A DNA stretch of 64,000 bases from an uncultured Bdellovibrionales bacterium (GCA_964421125.1 CAYQVD010000002.1:13579-77578), one strand, 5' to 3'. Positions 19,632 through 32,133 are shown, numbered from the stretch's first letter. The notes: generated by a model from the sequence alone, not told the origin. A program made the numbers and translations.

Positions 19632-20666
19632 TTATTCTTCTTCTTTTATTTTTTTCTTAACTTCTTTGTGAATTGTTTTATAAATTTTTGGATTTTCTTT
19701 TAAGAATTTTTTTGCAGCTTCTCTTCCTTGACCAAGTTTATCTTCATTATACTGATACCAAGATCCTGCTTTTTTAATAACCCCAACTCTTGCACCTAAA
19801 TCAAGCAAATCACCTTCCATTGATATTCCCTGATTATACATAATATCAAACTCAGCTACTTGAAAAGGAGGTGCTACTTTATTTTTAACAACTTTAACCT
19901 TAGTTCGATTTCCAATAATATTATCACCTTGTTTTATTTGAGCAGATCTTCTAATTTCAAGTCTAACAGAAGAATAAAACTTTAAAGCGTTTCCTCCAGT
20001 AGTTGTTTCTGGATTTCCAAAAACCACACCAATTTTCATTCTAATCTGGTTAATGAAAATAACCATTACATTAGTTTTTGCAATAATTGCCGTTAATTTT
20101 CGTAATGCTTGTGACATCAAACGTGCTTGAAGTCCCATATGACTTGCTCCCATCTCTCCCTCAATTTCAGCTCGTGGTGTCAAAGCTGCCACCGAATCAA
20201 TCACAATCACATCTACAGCATTAGATCTAACTAATGCTTCAACAATTTCTAACGCTTGTTCTCCTGCATCTGGCTGAGATATCAAAAGATCATCAATATT
20301 TACACCAATCTTTTTAGCATAAACTGGATCTAATGCGTGTTCAGCATCAATAAAGGCGGCAGTCCCTCCAGCTTTTTGCGCATTAGCCACTACATGCAAA
20401 GTTAAAGTGGTTTTACCTGATGATTCTGGTCCATAAACTTCAACTACTCTTCCTCTTGGAAGCCCTCCTATTCCCAAGGCTAAGTCCAAAGATGGAGCAC
20501 CGGTTGAAATAGCTGCAATATCAACTTTTTTAACCTCTCCTAGTCTCATTATAGCTCCATCCCCAAATTTTTCCTGTATTTCACTAATAACTACATCTGT
20601 TTCCTTTGGAATAACTTTGTCTTCTACTTCCTCTTCTTTTTCATCACTCTTTTTTTCTTTTGACAT
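19632..20666 (-). CDS. recA: Recombinase RecA.
   Basis: [10 protein letters not shown] Walker A and the conserved RecA core. Confidence 0.95.
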   Translation of the reverse strand: MSKEKKSDEKEEEVEDKVIPKETDVVISEIQEKFGDGAIMRLGEVKKVDIAAISTGAPSLDLALGIGGLPRGRVVEVYGPESSGKTTLTLHVVANAQKAGGTAAFIDAEHALDPVYAKKIGVNIDDLLISQPDAGEQALEIVEALVRSNAVDVIVIDSVAALTPRAEIEGEMGASHMGLQARLMSQALRKLTAIIAKTNVMVIFINQIRMKIGVVFGNPETTTGGNALKFYSSVRLEIRRSAQIKQGDNIIGNRTKVKVVKNKVAPPFQVAEFDIMYNQGISMEGDLLDLGARVGVIKKAGSWYQYNEDKLGQGREAAKKFLKENPKIYKTIHKEVKKKIKEEE

Positions 20667-20688
20667 TTTTTTAAAATTATTTAAATAT

Positions 20689-21675
20689 TTAAATCTGTGT
20701 ATTTTTACTAAATATCACATCTCGAAGCACTCCCGACTCATCGCCAAGCTCTCCAATGTCTTGCTCGTTAAATTTAATAAAGGTTTTATTAGCTCTTCCG
20801 GAAGTAACTGATATCCTATCTTTTGCTTCAAAAATTTGAATTGATCCAGGAAGCATTGTTCCACTTTGAACGTCTGTATCATCAATTTTGACAGAAACCC
20901 AAACAGGAAATTCTTCCACTTTAATCTCAATTTTAACTTTTTCATCCTGTTCTCCCATGATTTTATCCCGATGATCTTCGTCTCCTTCAGCAATTTGAAT
21001 ATCATAATGAGCAGAAACATTAAAAACTTTTTCTATTTCTTTATCAAAACGATTAATTGATTTAATTACAATATTGTTCATTCCATTTTGTAATCCCAAA
21101 TTCTCCTGAAATTCCCCTTTCTCATTCACAAAAACTGGCTGACCATTAATAAAAACTTTATTATCCTTATCAGTTATTCCAATTACGTTTAAAGTCCCTT
21201 TATCAATTAACAAATCTCCAGTTGGTTGCATAACAATTAAACGAGGATCCTGAGAGAAGTTACCAATTTCTTTATAAAAATAAAAAAAACCTCCAAAAAT
21301 AATTAAAACGATAAAAACTGTTGTAAAAAAACGAGGAGTGACTGTAATATTAGGAAAATTAAATTTCTTTTTTAGCCTAGAATTAACTCGAAATTTTTTC
21401 ATATTATCTTTTATTCCACACTCTTTTTTATATTGTTGAAGAACTTCTTTATTATCTACGCCTAAATATCTAGCATAACTCTTTAGAAATCCCTGGACAT
21501 AGACATCTGGTGGAAGATCATCAAAACTTCCTTCTTCAATTTTTTCTAAATAAACTTGTTTAATTTTAGTAGCTTTTGCAATTTCAGCAAGAGAAATTCT
21601 CATATCCTCTCGGATACGTTTCAATTTTTCTCCTAATGTATATGAATTTATTTTTTTCTTAGAAAAGCCTACCAT
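20689..21675 (-). CDS. RodZ-like HTH-XRE membrane protein.
   Basis: N-terminal XRE HTH, a TM helix, and a C-terminal beta-rich domain. Confidence 0.6.
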   Translation of the reverse strand: MVGFSKKKINSYTLGEKLKRIREDMRISLAEIAKATKIKQVYLEKIEEGSFDDLPPDVYVQGFLKSYARYLGVDNKEVLQQYKKECGIKDNMKKFRVNSRLKKKFNFPNITVTPRFFTTVFIVLIIFGGFFYFYKEIGNFSQDPRLIVMQPTGDLLIDKGTLNVIGITDKDNKVFINGQPVFVNEKGEFQENLGLQNGMNNIVIKSINRFDKEIEKVFNVSAHYDIQIAEGDEDHRDKIMGEQDEKVKIEIKVEEFPVWVSVKIDDTDVQSGTMLPGSIQIFEAKDRISVTSGRANKTFIKFNEQDIGELGDESGVLRDVIFSKNTQI

Positions 21676-21860
21676 TCTTTATTTTAAAATTACATTTATT
21701 TTTATTCAAAACTGATCTTTTATTTAAAATCAGCCTACCCTACATACAGAATACACTAAAAAAAACCCATTGTAAAATCTTATTCAAATCCTCATTCTCT
21801 TATCTAATGAAAGAAGTTTTCCTATATAATATTCAATCGTTGATAATTAAAAAATATTTT

Positions 21861-21895
21861 AAAAACAGCCCTGAAAAATCAAGGCTGTTTTTGGA
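21861..21895 (-). terminator. Intrinsic terminator after tuf.
   Basis: aaacagcc...ggctgttt stem with a T-run on the minus strand. Confidence 0.55.
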
Positions 21896-21910
21896 ATATA
21901 TTGAAAAGAT

Positions 21911-23104
21911 TTATTTAATAATCTTTGTCACAACTCCTGCACCAACAGTTTTTCCACCTTCTCGAATCGCAAATCGCATTCCATCTTCCATGGCAACTGG
22001 GGCAACCAATTTAACAATTAAGTTAACTGTATCACCAGGCATAACCATTTCAGTTCCTTCTGGCAAAGCAACATCTCCTGTTACATCAGTAGTTCGAATA
22101 TAAAATTGTGGTTTGTAACCTTTGAAGAAAGGAGTATGTCGTCCACCCTCTTCTTTAGTTAAAATATAAACTTCTGTCTCAAATTCAGTGTGAGGAGTAA
22201 TACTTCCTGGTTTAGCCAAAACTTGACCTCGCTCAACGTCTTCCTTTTTAACTCCTCGAATAAGAATTCCAGCATTATCCCCAGCTTGTCCCTTGTCAAG
22301 AGATTTATTAAACATCTCAACACCAGTAACAACTGTTTTTACTGTATCCTTTAAACCAACAATTTCAACTTCTTCATTAATATTAACTTCGCCTCTTTCG
22401 ATTCGTCCTGTAACAACAGTTCCTCGTCCTTCAATTGAGAAAATGTCTTCAATAGGCATAAGAAGGGGTTTGTCAATTTCACGAACTGGATCAGGAATTT
22501 TTTCATCCAAAGCTTTTGCAAGTTCCAAAATTGGAGCTGCTGAATCATCACCAGCATCTTTTGCTTCAAGAGCTTTTAAGGCTGAACCTCGAATAATCGT
22601 AGCATTCTCTCCATCAAATTCATACTTTGTTAGAAGTTCTCGAACTTCTTCTTCAACTAAATCAATCAAATCAGTATCATCAACCATATCAACCTTATTC
22701 AAAAAAACAACAATTTGAGGAACACCAACCTGTCTTGCAAGAAGAATATGCTCTCTTGTTTGTGGCATTGGTCCATCAGTTGCAGAAACAACAAGCACAG
22801 CACCGTCCATTTGAGCAGCACCAGTAATCATGTTCTTAATGTAATCAGCATGACCAGGACAATCAACATGAGCATAATGACGGTTATCTGTTTCATATTC
22901 AACGTGTGCAGTTGCAATTGTAATTCCTCGTTCTTTTTCCTCTGGAGCCTTATCAATTTCATCAATTTTCTTCGCTGTTACTTTTTGACCTGCTAACCCT
23001 AAAACATGCAAAATTGCAGCTGTTAGAGTAGTTTTCCCATGGTCAACGTGTCCGATTGTTCCAACGTTAACATGAGGCTTACTTCTGTCAAATACTTCTG
23101 TCAT
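21911..23104 (-). CDS. tuf: Elongation factor Tu.
   Basis: [21 protein letters not shown] and NKVD motifs. Confidence 0.97.
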   Translation of the reverse strand: MTEVFDRSKPHVNVGTIGHVDHGKTTLTAAILHVLGLAGQKVTAKKIDEIDKAPEEKERGITIATAHVEYETDNRHYAHVDCPGHADYIKNMITGAAQMDGAVLVVSATDGPMPQTREHILLARQVGVPQIVVFLNKVDMVDDTDLIDLVEEEVRELLTKYEFDGENATIIRGSALKALEAKDAGDDSAAPILELAKALDEKIPDPVREIDKPLLMPIEDIFSIEGRGTVVTGRIERGEVNINEEVEIVGLKDTVKTVVTGVEMFNKSLDKGQAGDNAGILIRGVKKEDVERGQVLAKPGSITPHTEFETEVYILTKEEGGRHTPFFKGYKPQFYIRTTDVTGDVALPEGTEMVMPGDTVNLIVKLVAPVAMEDGMRFAIREGGKTVGAGVVTKIIK

Positions 23105-23267
23105 AGTTCTTTTTTTATTGGGTTAATGGATTAGCCACCATTAAAACAATTAATTAACTTTTTATAAATTATATATTATTAAAAAAATAATAACTTACTT
23201 ACAACATTGAAAACAAAAAATCAGAATCGTTAGAATAGGATTTTTGCCGTCCCCTTTTTAAAGAAGC

Positions 23268-23618
23268 TTAAATTTTTTCATAATTTAATTCTTCTTCTTT
23301 TTGCTTATATAGAAAATCACTTTCTATTACGCTTGTCAATTCATTTTCTTGCTTTCTTTTTTTCAATTCTTCAATATCTGAGTTTATTTTATCTAAGAGT
23401 TCCTCATCTGTCAAATTCTTCTTTTCGATATCTCCGTTTTCAATAAAATCAAATTGACCCAAATCTTCATCCTTCTCAGGATAATCACCCTCACATCCTT
23501 TTTCAAGAAGATAGTCATTAATTTTCATCACAATAAAACTATCTTTAAGATTACCATCACTCAAAATTAATTTCCCACCTGATGCATTAATTAATTGTTT
23601 TATTTCACTTAAATTCAT
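23268..23618 (-). CDS. Small acidic hypothetical protein between fusA and tuf.
   Basis: The ORF extends to 23696 but would overlap fusA. The internal Met MNLSEIKQLINASGG at 23618 gives a non-overlapping 116-aa product. Confidence 0.5.
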   Translation of the reverse strand: MNLSEIKQLINASGGKLILSDGNLKDSFIVMKINDYLLEKGCEGDYPEKDEDLGQFDFIENGDIEKKNLTDEELLDKINSDIEELKKRKQENELTSVIESDFLYKQKEEELNYEKI

Positions 23619-23631
23619 AAATTTAAAATTA

Positions 23632-25722
23632 CTACTGAATCTCTCCACTCTTAATCTTTTCCGCAACATTCGCTGGCACCTCTGAGTAACGTTCAAACTC
23701 CATTGAATAATTTGCCCGTCCTTGAGTCATTGATCTCAATTGAGTTGCATATCCAAACAAAGATGCAAGAGGAACTTTAGCATTAATAACTTTAACAGCC
23801 GCAGAACCTTCTCCTCTATCAGTCATGTCTTCTATTTTACCTCTTTTAGCATTCAGATCTCCAACAACATCACCCATGAAATTTTCTGGAGTAGTTACTT
23901 CGACTTTCATTACTGGCTCTAGAATAATTGGAGTAGCCTTTTTAACTGCTGCCTGAAAAGCCATTGACCCAGCAATCTTAAAAGCTGCTTCAGAAGAGTC
24001 AACATCATGATAAGATCCATCATAAACAGTCGCTTTAACATCAACCATTGGATAACCAGCAATAACTCCTTTGTCGGTTGCCTCTTTAATCCCCTTTCCA
24101 ATAGATGGAATAAACTCACTTGGAATAGATCCACCCTTAATTTCATCAACAAATTCAAATCCATTTCCTTCTCCAAGTGGCTCAATTCTAACCCAACAAT
24201 GTCCATATTGACCACGTCCACCAGATTGTTTAATATATTTTCCTTCAGCCTCAGCTTGAGACTTAATCGTTTCTCGATAAGCAACTTGTGGCTTACCAAC
24301 ATTAGCTTCAACACTGAATTCTCTTTTCATCCGATCAACAATAATATCCAAATGCAATTCTCCCATTCCCGAAATTAGAGTTTGATTTGTATCTTCATCA
24401 GTTCGAACTTGAAAAGTGGGATCCTCTTCAGCAAGCTTTCTTAAAGCAATTGCCATTTTTTCTTGATCAGCCTTTGTTTTTGGTTCAACTGCAATATCAA
24501 TAACTGGGTCTGGAAAATCAATATTCTCTAAAATAACTGGAGCATCTTCATCACAAAGTGTATCACCAGTTTTCGTACTTTTCATTCCAACTAAAGCTCC
24601 AATTCCGCCAGCATAAATCTCATCAATTTCTTCTCTGTGATTTGAATGCATCATAAGAATTCTTCCGATCCGCTCTTTTTTCCCATTTGTAGAATTCAAA
24701 ACATAAGATCCAGCTTTCAATATCCCAGAATAAATTCGGAAAAAAGTTAATTGACCTACATATGGATCTGTTGCAACTTTAAATGCCAAAGCTGCAAATG
24801 GAGCTTCATCGCTTGCTTCACGAACAATTTCTTTCTCTGAATCATTAATATCAACCCCTTTGATTGCTTCAACCTCAACCGGTGAAGGTAAATAATCAAC
24901 AACAGCATCTAAAACTGGTTGAACACCTTTATTTTTAAGAGCGGTTCCTGTTAAAACTGGAATCAACTTCCCGCTAAGAACTCCTATTCTAATTCCTTCT
25001 TTAATTTCATCTTCAGTAAAATCTTCTCCTCCAAGGTATTTCTCAGTTAGTTCATTACTCATTTCAGCAACCTTTTCAATCAACTTATTTCGCCATTCTT
25101 GTGCAATATCTTTCATATCCTCTGGAATATTTTTTTCCACAACAGTTTCCCCAGCTTGCCCTTCATAATTAAGAGCTTTCATTTTCACTAAATCAATAGC
25201 CCCCTGATGATCACTACTTTGACCAATCGGATATTGAATCGCTACAGCATTTGGTGTTAATCGATTCCAAATTGAAGAAAGCGCATCTTCAAAACTCGCT
25301 CCTTCTTTATCAATTTTATTAATAAAACAAATACGAGGCACTTTATACTTATCAGCTTGTCGCCAAACAGTTTCTGATTGTGGCTCAACTCCTTCTTTTC
25401 CATCGAAAATAACAACCCCTCCATCAAGAACACGAAGAGATCTTTCAACTTCCACGGTAAAATCAACATGACCTGGAGTATCAATAATATTAATTTGATG
25501 CTCTTTCCATTGACAAGTTGTTGCAGCAGAAGTAATAGTAATCCCCCTCTCTTGCTCTTGTTCCATCCAATCCATAATCGCTTCTCCTTCATGAACTTCT
25601 CCAATTTTATGAGAAATTCCAGTATAAAAAAGAATTCTCTCGGAAATAGTTGTTTTCCCAGCATCAATATGAGCAATAATACCGATATTTCGATATTTTT
25701 TAATAGGAGTTTGTCGCGCCAT
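23632..25722 (-). CDS. fusA: Elongation factor G.
   Basis: [17 protein letters not shown] and the EF-G domains. Confidence 0.97.
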   Translation of the reverse strand: MARQTPIKKYRNIGIIAHIDAGKTTISERILFYTGISHKIGEVHEGEAIMDWMEQEQERGITITSAATTCQWKEHQINIIDTPGHVDFTVEVERSLRVLDGGVVIFDGKEGVEPQSETVWRQADKYKVPRICFINKIDKEGASFEDALSSIWNRLTPNAVAIQYPIGQSSDHQGAIDLVKMKALNYEGQAGETVVEKNIPEDMKDIAQEWRNKLIEKVAEMSNELTEKYLGGEDFTEDEIKEGIRIGVLSGKLIPVLTGTALKNKGVQPVLDAVVDYLPSPVEVEAIKGVDINDSEKEIVREASDEAPFAALAFKVATDPYVGQLTFFRIYSGILKAGSYVLNSTNGKKERIGRILMMHSNHREEIDEIYAGGIGALVGMKSTKTGDTLCDEDAPVILENIDFPDPVIDIAVEPKTKADQEKMAIALRKLAEEDPTFQVRTDEDTNQTLISGMGELHLDIIVDRMKREFSVEANVGKPQVAYRETIKSQAEAEGKYIKQSGGRGQYGHCWVRIEPLGEGNGFEFVDEIKGGSIPSEFIPSIGKGIKEATDKGVIAGYPMVDVKATVYDGSYHDVDSSEAAFKIAGSMAFQAAVKKATPIILEPVMKVEVTTPENFMGDVVGDLNAKRGKIEDMTDRGEGSAAVKVINAKVPLASLFGYATQLRSMTQGRANYSMEFERYSEVPANVAEKIKSGEIQ

Positions 25723-25745
25723 AACCTTTAATTATATTATATATT

Positions 25746-26213
25746 TTAAGCAAAATGAGCAAAAGCTTTATTAGCTTCAGCCATTCTATGCGTATCTTCT
25801 CTCTTTTTCATTGCAACACCCTTCTTTTGAGATGCTTCAATAAGTTCTTCTGCAAGACAATCTGCCGTTCCCTTTCCTTTTCTTGATTTTGCAGCCGCCT
25901 TAATCCAACGCATTGCAAGAGTAACTCTTCGGTCACCCATCACAGGAATAGGGACTTGATAATTTGCTCCTCCGATTCTCTTTCCTTTAAGCTCCATAAG
26001 AGGAGAAACATTTTTAAGAGCTTGCTCAAAAACATTTAAGCCACCTCTTTTTGTTCTCTCATGAATTATTTCAAAAGTTTCGCTAATGACTTTCTGAGCC
26101 TTAGATCTCTTTCCTCTTTCCATAACATAACCAACAAATCTCCCTACTAAAATAGAGTTAAATTGCGGATCTGGTCTCCAGTTTTTTTTATATACTCGTT
26201 TTTTTCTTGGCAT
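25746..26213 (-). CDS. rpsG: 30S ribosomal protein S7.
   Basis: Canonical S7 sequence. Confidence 0.95.
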   Translation of the reverse strand: MPRKKRVYKKNWRPDPQFNSILVGRFVGYVMERGKRSKAQKVISETFEIIHERTKRGGLNVFEQALKNVSPLMELKGKRIGGANYQVPIPVMGDRRVTLAMRWIKAAAKSRKGKGTADCLAEELIEASQKKGVAMKKREDTHRMAEANKAFAHFA

Positions 26214-26234
26214 ACTTTTCTAAATTATTCTAAA

Positions 26235-26654
26235 TTATTTTTCTTCTTTAGGTCTCTTCACTCCATATTTTGATCGTCCTTGTTTTCTATCAGAAACTCC
26301 AGCAGTATCAAGTACTCCTCTAACAACATGATAACGGACACCTGGAAGATCAGGAACTCTTCCTCCTCGAAGCATTACAATTGAATGTTCTTGAAGATTA
26401 TGTCCAATTCCAGGAATATATGCAGTAACCTCCATTCCATTAGTTAACTTTACCCTAGCAATTTTTCGCAACGCAGAGTTCGGTTTCTTTGGAGTAGTTG
26501 TTGCAACTTTAACGCAAACACCCCTCTTGAAAGGTGACGGGTAGTTAACCGGTTTATTTTTAATAGTATTAAAACCATAAGTCATAGCTGGAGACTTTGG
26601 TTTCTTCTTTGTTGATTTTCTTGATCTCTTAATTAACTGATTTATTGTAGGCAC
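26235..26654 (-). CDS. rpsL: 30S ribosomal protein S12.
   Basis: [13 protein letters not shown]... Confidence 0.95.
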   Translation of the reverse strand: MPTINQLIKRSRKSTKKKPKSPAMTYGFNTIKNKPVNYPSPFKRGVCVKVATTTPKKPNSALRKIARVKLTNGMEVTAYIPGIGHNLQEHSIVMLRGGRVPDLPGVRYHVVRGVLDTAGVSDRKQGRSKYGVKRPKEEK

Positions 26655-26831
26655 AGTTTTTTCTATTAAAATTATTACTACTAAAAAAACAAACTAAAAG
26701 CTTGCCTTAAAACTCAAGGCTTTAAATTTCAGACTACTATTTTAAGCTTAAAGAGTTTGTTTTAAAAGTCTCTTTCGTTATGAAACTTGAAAGTTGCAAT
26801 AGAATACGGACTTTAAAAACGAACTCTTGTT

Positions 26832-26861
26832 AATATACAAAAACTAACACAGGATGTCAAC
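26832..26861 (-). promoter_or_regulatory. Candidate str-operon promoter.
   Basis: Minus strand TTGACA, 18 nt, TATATT. A leader of about 170 nt contains a hairpin (gcctt.../aaggc). Confidence 0.4.
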
Positions 26862-26889
26862 CTTTCTCATTTAATCTTCTCTGCAAATA

Positions 26890-28137
26890 TTATTTTCCCA
26901 TTTTTTTCCGAATAAAGGCCGGGATATCTAAATCATCATCTTCGGTGCTTTCCTCAAGTGGGCTCTTATCTTCTTCTAACTTTTTTATATTTTTATTTTC
27001 AGAAATCTTCTCTTCAATAATCATAGAAGGAGATTCATTAGATTTTTCTATTGAGACCTCCTTTTTACTAAATTCATTAATAACTTCTCTGTTTGAGTTT
27101 TCACTTGATACATCTCCAACAGAAACTCCTACTGATCGATTTTGCACTCTATCAAAAGTTGTCCCACCAGTCTGAAAAAGTTCTTCATCAAAACCAGTTG
27201 CAACGACTGTGATTTTAACATCACCCTTCTTAACAGATTCTTCCGTAGAAGCTCCAAAAATAATCCTTGCATTAGGATCAACTGTTTCAGTAATAATATT
27301 AGCAGCCTCATTAACCTCAAGCATTGTTAAGTCATCTCCTCCTGTAATATTAAATAAGACTCCTTTGGCTCCATCAATTGAAATATCCAGAAGTGGAGAA
27401 TTAATAGCTTGTTTGGCAGCATGAGAAGCTCGGCTTTCGCCAGAAGCAACACCAATCCCCATTAAAGCTGAACCGCTTTCTTGCATAACCGATCGAACAT
27501 CAGCAAAATCAACATTAACAATTCCAGGTTTAGTAATTAAATCTGAAATACCTTGAACTCCTTGTCGAAGAACATCATCCACAATTTTAAAGGCATTAAC
27601 GAGAGATGTGTTTCGATCAATGACTTGTAAAAGTTTATCATTTTGAATAGAAATCATAGTATCAACTCGATCCTTCAAGTTTTCAAGTGATTCTTCAGCA
27701 ACAACACTTCGCTGTCTTCCTTCAAAAGAAAATGGTCGAGTAACAACCCCAACAGTCAAAGCTCCTGCTTCCTTTGCTGCTTCAGCAACAATTGGACCAG
27801 CCCCTGAACCAGTACCTCCTCCAGCTCCATAAACCACAAAAACCATATCACAGCTCTTGAGTGATTCTTGAATTTCATCTCGATTCTCCTCAGCAGCTTG
27901 TCGCCCAAGCTCTGGATTCATCCCAGCACCAAGACCTTTAGTAAGATTTTTTCCTATATGAATTTTTTCACTTGCTTTACAGTGATGAAGATCTTGAGCA
28001 TCGGTATTAATCGCAACAAAATCAACGCCCGTTAACTTACATTCAATCATCCTAGTAATCGCATTAGAACCAGAACCACCAATTCCAACAACTTTTATTC
28101 TTGCAAAAGTTTCTACATCAGGTTTTATTTCCGCCAT
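26890..28137 (-). CDS. ftsZ: Cell division GTPase FtsZ.
   Basis: GGGTGSGAGP tubulin signature. Confidence 0.95.
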   Translation of the reverse strand: MAEIKPDVETFARIKVVGIGGSGSNAITRMIECKLTGVDFVAINTDAQDLHHCKASEKIHIGKNLTKGLGAGMNPELGRQAAEENRDEIQESLKSCDMVFVVYGAGGGTGSGAGPIVAEAAKEAGALTVGVVTRPFSFEGRQRSVVAEESLENLKDRVDTMISIQNDKLLQVIDRNTSLVNAFKIVDDVLRQGVQGISDLITKPGIVNVDFADVRSVMQESGSALMGIGVASGESRASHAAKQAINSPLLDISIDGAKGVLFNITGGDDLTMLEVNEAANIITETVDPNARIIFGASTEESVKKGDVKITVVATGFDEELFQTGGTTFDRVQNRSVGVSVGDVSSENSNREVINEFSKKEVSIEKSNESPSMIIEEKISENKNIKKLEEDKSPLEESTEDDDLDIPAFIRKKMGK

Positions 28138-28178
28138 TGTTTTTTATTAATAAAATTACAATTATTTATTCATCTATT

Positions 28179-28217
28179 TTGACTATTAAAGATATCAAAT
28201 TGATATTTAAAAGTCAA
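28179..28217. promoter_or_regulatory. Imperfect 39-bp palindrome in the ftsA-ftsZ spacer, overlapping a TTGACT -35-like element.
   Basis: ttgactattaaag-ATATCAAaTTGATAT-ttaaaagtcaa. Confidence 0.3.
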
Positions 28218-28248
28218 GCAAAATAAAGACTATTTGAATAAAAGATTG

Positions 28249-29520
28249 TTAGAAAAACTTTCCAAACCATTTTTTTATATCATCAATAGTTTCCTTAACT
28301 GGAAAATTATTTAATACATTTTTACCTATACCACCTTTTTTGCTATCACTCTCTCCGATAAAACCAGCCATGTCATCATGTTCAAGTCCCCAGAGAATCA
28401 TTCCAATTGAAACAGAAAAAGACGGATCATCCACTTTATCAATAAGTCCAGATAATTCAATAGGAAAGCCAACTTGAGCAGGTAATTTTAAGGTTTCTTT
28501 GGCAACGTCAACTGCTCCTTGCAATTTCGCTCCTCCTCCAGTCAAAACCACACCAGCTGGCAACAGAGCAGATCTATTTATTTTCTTTAGTTCTTTTTCT
28601 ACCATCATTAAAGTCTCTTCAAATCGAGCCTCAATAATTTCAGCAACATGTTGCCTTGAGACGCTTCCTTCCTCACTAGGATCAATTTCAGAAAGATTAA
28701 CTTGTTCCTGCTTTCCAATTTCAGAAGGCAAAGATGATCCATATTCAACCTTCACTTTCTCTGCAACATCAATAGAAGTTCTTAACCCGATGGCCACATC
28801 ATTAGTAATATGACCAGCTCCAACTGGAATTACTGTTAGATGAATTAATTCTCGCTCCTCATAAACAGCTAGTGAAGTTGTTCCACCACCAATATCAATT
28901 AACGCGACACCAAGCTCTTCTTGTCTTTTGTTTAAAACAGCTCGAGCTGCAGCAAGAGGAGCAACAATAAAACCACTAATTTCTAAATCAGCATTGTATA
29001 TACATTTAGATAAATTCTTAAGATGTGGAGCAAACCCAGTGACTAAGATTCCATGCATTTCCAAGCGAACTCCATTCATACCAACTGGATCCTTAATACC
29101 CTCTTGATTATCAAGAATAAATTTCTGAGGAACAACATGAAGAATTTCCTGATTATGAGACAAACTAACTGCTTGGCTAGCTTCGACCACCCTCTCAACA
29201 TCATCCTCCGTCACTTCTCCATCTGCTCTCCCGACAGCAATTACTCCTTTTGTTTCAGTTGACTCAAGATGACTTCCTCCAACTGATACGTACACATCAT
29301 GAACAGAAACTCCTGCTAATTTTTCAGCCTTTTCGATAGAGTCCTTAATTGATTGAGTAACCTCTTCTAAATCAACAATAACACCTTTTCTCATTCCATT
29401 TGCAACCGAAACACCCATTCCAATAATTCGAGGTTTTCCCTCTGGAACTACTTGAGCAATAACAGTTCTAATGTTTGTTGAACCAATATCAAGCGCGACT
29501 ATATAATCCTGCTTAGCCAT
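28249..29520 (-). CDS. ftsA: Cell division protein FtsA.
   Basis: Actin-like ATPase with the DIGSTNIRTV signature. Confidence 0.9.
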   Translation of the reverse strand: MAKQDYIVALDIGSTNIRTVIAQVVPEGKPRIIGMGVSVANGMRKGVIVDLEEVTQSIKDSIEKAEKLAGVSVHDVYVSVGGSHLESTETKGVIAVGRADGEVTEDDVERVVEASQAVSLSHNQEILHVVPQKFILDNQEGIKDPVGMNGVRLEMHGILVTGFAPHLKNLSKCIYNADLEISGFIVAPLAAARAVLNKRQEELGVALIDIGGGTTSLAVYEERELIHLTVIPVGAGHITNDVAIGLRTSIDVAEKVKVEYGSSLPSEIGKQEQVNLSEIDPSEEGSVSRQHVAEIIEARFEETLMMVEKELKKINRSALLPAGVVLTGGGAKLQGAVDVAKETLKLPAQVGFPIELSGLIDKVDDPSFSVSIGMILWGLEHDDMAGFIGESDSKKGGIGKNVLNNFPVKETIDDIKKWFGKFF

Positions 29521-29587
29521 TTTTGTTTTATAAAATATGATTTATTATCTAATTTTTAAATTGTCTAAAAAATTTTAATGAAAAACT

Positions 29588-29615
29588 ACCGCAAACAGCA
29601 CATAATAACTGCGGT
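29588..29615 (-). terminator. Hairpin terminator after the Trx-CcdA gene.
   Basis: accgca...tgcggt stem with a T-run. Confidence 0.45.
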
Positions 29616-29718
29616 CATTTTTCAAAGACAGAGCCACTGCGTATCCTAAATTATAAATTTATATAATTGAATAGGCTTTTATTATATTATACAACTTATT
29701 TGTTTTTTTTACAAATAT

Positions 29719-30984
29719 TTATAACCAATTCTGCCAAAGCGCAATGGACAATAAGATTAATAAGATTCCAGCAACAAGTCGCATGTACTTCCTAGAAGAT
29801 TTTCTCCAATTTTCTAGCTCATCAGTTTTCTTTTCAAAGAAAACTACAAGAATAACTATAATAAGAAGAGGTAGAATAAAGAAAAGATTATAAAGAACAA
29901 TGTGCCAAAAATATGAGGTGTCACTGTCAGCAAGAACTGAAATATAAGCAAGAGGCAAACCTGAAGTACAAGGCAACTCAACAATACCTGCTAAGATAGC
30001 TAATAATATGGCGCTTGGAACAGTTCCCTTTTTAACAAGCTTCTCGAGAGTCGGTTTTACAATTTCTGGAATCTCAAGGGAAATAAATTTTCCATAAAAG
30101 AAAAAATCTTTTATCATAATAATTCCTATTATTAAAGCCACAATAGAAATAATAATTCTAGCCAGACTAGCAATGCCAAGAAAATCAACTATTTGAATAA
30201 TCCCATACATAAATAAAAAATAAATAAGAAAGGTTGTAACTATAAACGCAATTCCAGCCTTTAAAGCTCTTTTTCGAGAACCAATCACAAGTAAATATGA
30301 AAGGACAAAAAATAACACCGAGAACATACAAGGATTTATCCCATCAGCTAAACCAAGAATTACCCCTAGAATACAAGGGGAAGAAAGATCATCTGTACAA
30401 ATTTCTCTTCCAAAAACTGTCACTACGTCATTCTTACTGTGTTTATGTTCCTGATTACTCTCATCTTTTTTAGCACCTAAGCCCAAAAATTCATCAACCA
30501 ATTCCCCACTAATTAAAACCTGAGAAACTGAAGATAAATCAAGCATATTACTAATTTTCGAATCACAAGCATTCAAAGAACATTTCTTAATAAGATTCTC
30601 GATCTTTTTTCCAATGTTTCCCTCATTATCAAAACCAACAACAACCTCCTCGCCAATAATACTCACAGGAACTCCCCCACTTAAATCATATTCATCAACA
30701 ATTTGAGTAAATATATTTCTCCCATTAAGGTCATTTACATCAAAATATTGAATTTCTAAATTAGAATATTTTTTCTCTAACTTTGGCAAAAACTCTTTTT
30801 CCTCCTTACAATGAGGACAAATTGAAGAACCAAAAAAGAAAAGACGAACTTGATAAGCTTGGTTATTATCATTTATGCTCTTATTATTATCTATTGCCAA
30901 CGCACTACTTACATAAAAAAGGCTCGCAAAAAAAATCAGCGTTACCACACTCATTAAGAATAATATCTTAAATTTATTTTTCAT
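29719..30984 (-). CDS. Thioredoxin-fold domain fused to a CcdA/DsbD-type transmembrane thiol-disulfide transporter.
   Basis: Signal peptide, CPHC thioredoxin motif, then a polytopic domain with GINPCMF and LPCTSGLP. Confidence 0.75.
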   Translation of the reverse strand: MKNKFKILFLMSVVTLIFFASLFYVSSALAIDNNKSINDNNQAYQVRLFFFGSSICPHCKEEKEFLPKLEKKYSNLEIQYFDVNDLNGRNIFTQIVDEYDLSGGVPVSIIGEEVVVGFDNEGNIGKKIENLIKKCSLNACDSKISNMLDLSSVSQVLISGELVDEFLGLGAKKDESNQEHKHSKNDVVTVFGREICTDDLSSPCILGVILGLADGINPCMFSVLFFVLSYLLVIGSRKRALKAGIAFIVTTFLIYFLFMYGIIQIVDFLGIASLARIIISIVALIIGIIMIKDFFFYGKFISLEIPEIVKPTLEKLVKKGTVPSAILLAILAGIVELPCTSGLPLAYISVLADSDTSYFWHIVLYNLFFILPLLIIVILVVFFEKKTDELENWRKSSRKYMRLVAGILLILLSIALWQNWL

Positions 30985-31008
30985 TTATTTTTCAATTAAG
31001 TATCTTTT

Positions 31009-32133
31009 TTAATATAAATCAGTTGAAGAAACTCTTTTACGACGTCTTAATTTCCAAACACTTTGTGTGATTCCAACGGCTATTAATGAAATAATTAAAA
31101 AGCTCCCACCATAACTAACAAAAGGCAAAGACAATCCAGCTACTGGCATAATCCCCAAGTTCATTCCAATATTCACTACCATATGAAAAAAGAACATCAT
31201 TAAAATTCCACCAGCTAAAAGTTGCCCAAAATCATCCCTTGATTGATCAGAAGCTTTCTTAATACGATAAAATAAAACCCCTAAAACAGCCAGCAGAAGA
31301 GAGACTCCGATAAAACCACTTTCTTCGGCAATTGTAGCATAAATAAAATCGGTATGTCGCTCTGGAAGAAAATTCAATTGACTTTGTGATCCATGACCCA
31401 ATCCCTTTCCAGTAACTCCACCCGAACCAACCGCCACCATTGACTGAATAATATTATAACCACTTCCTAGTGGATCATTTTGAGGATTCAATAAAATTTC
31501 AACTCGATCTTTTTGATAATCTTTTAAAAAAAATCCCCAACCAATCAAGAAAAGAATTATTCCAGAAGCAATAAGCATTAAAAAAAACTTCTTATCAATA
31601 CCAGATAAAAACAACATTCCTCCCCAAATAACAATCATCACAACTGCAGAACCGAGATCAGGCTGAAGCATTACTAAAAAAACCGGAATAGCAAGATAAA
31701 CAAGTGAAACTAAAAATTCCTTTTTACCAATCCCCATTGACATCTTCTTGGCAAAAAATTTTGCTAAGAAAATAATCATAAAAATCTTCATAATTTCAAT
31801 AGGCTGAAAATTAAATGGTCCCAAACTAAACCACCCTGAAGTTCCACGAATAGTATCTCCCCAAAGAAGCACTGCCACTAAAAGAAAGTTTCCAATTACA
31901 TACAAAATTCCAGCATGACTTTTCCAAATTCGATAATCCAAAAAACTAAAAATTACAAAAAGTATTAACCCAATAATTAAGAAAATAATCTGTTTTTCAA
32001 AATGATTCAACCCACCACCGCTTTGAGCAATAGAAAGAGAATATATAGCCACCAATCCGGAGACCAAAAGAAAAAGCGTCGCCGAAACCGACACCCAATC
32101 AAAGTTATTATATTTTGATATTTTAGAAAACAT
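31009..32133 (-). CDS. ftsW: SEDS-family peptidoglycan glycosyltransferase FtsW/RodA.
   Basis: Ten-TM SEDS core with C-terminal LSLPFVSYGGSFL. Confidence 0.85.
   Translation of the reverse strand: MFSKISKYNNFDWVSVSATLFLLVSGLVAIYSLSIAQSGGGLNHFEKQIIFLIIGLILFVIFSFLDYRIWKSHAGILYVIGNFLLVAVLLWGDTIRGTSGWFSLGPFNFQPIEIMKIFMIIFLAKFFAKKMSMGIGKKEFLVSLVYLAIPVFLVMLQPDLGSAVVMIVIWGGMLFLSGIDKKFFLMLIASGIILFLIGWGFFLKDYQKDRVEILLNPQNDPLGSGYNIIQSMVAVGSGGVTGKGLGHGSQSQLNFLPERHTDFIYATIAEESGFIGVSLLLAVLGVLFYRIKKASDQSRDDFGQLLAGGILMMFFFHMVVNIGMNLGIMPVAGLSLPFVSYGGSFLIISLIAVGITQSVWKLRRRKRVSSTDLY

Noticed and set aside
23619-23696. N-terminal 26-aa extension of the small gene overlapping the fusA 3' end.
   Set aside because: The overlap with a highly conserved gene is implausible. 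An internal Met gives a non-overlapping product.
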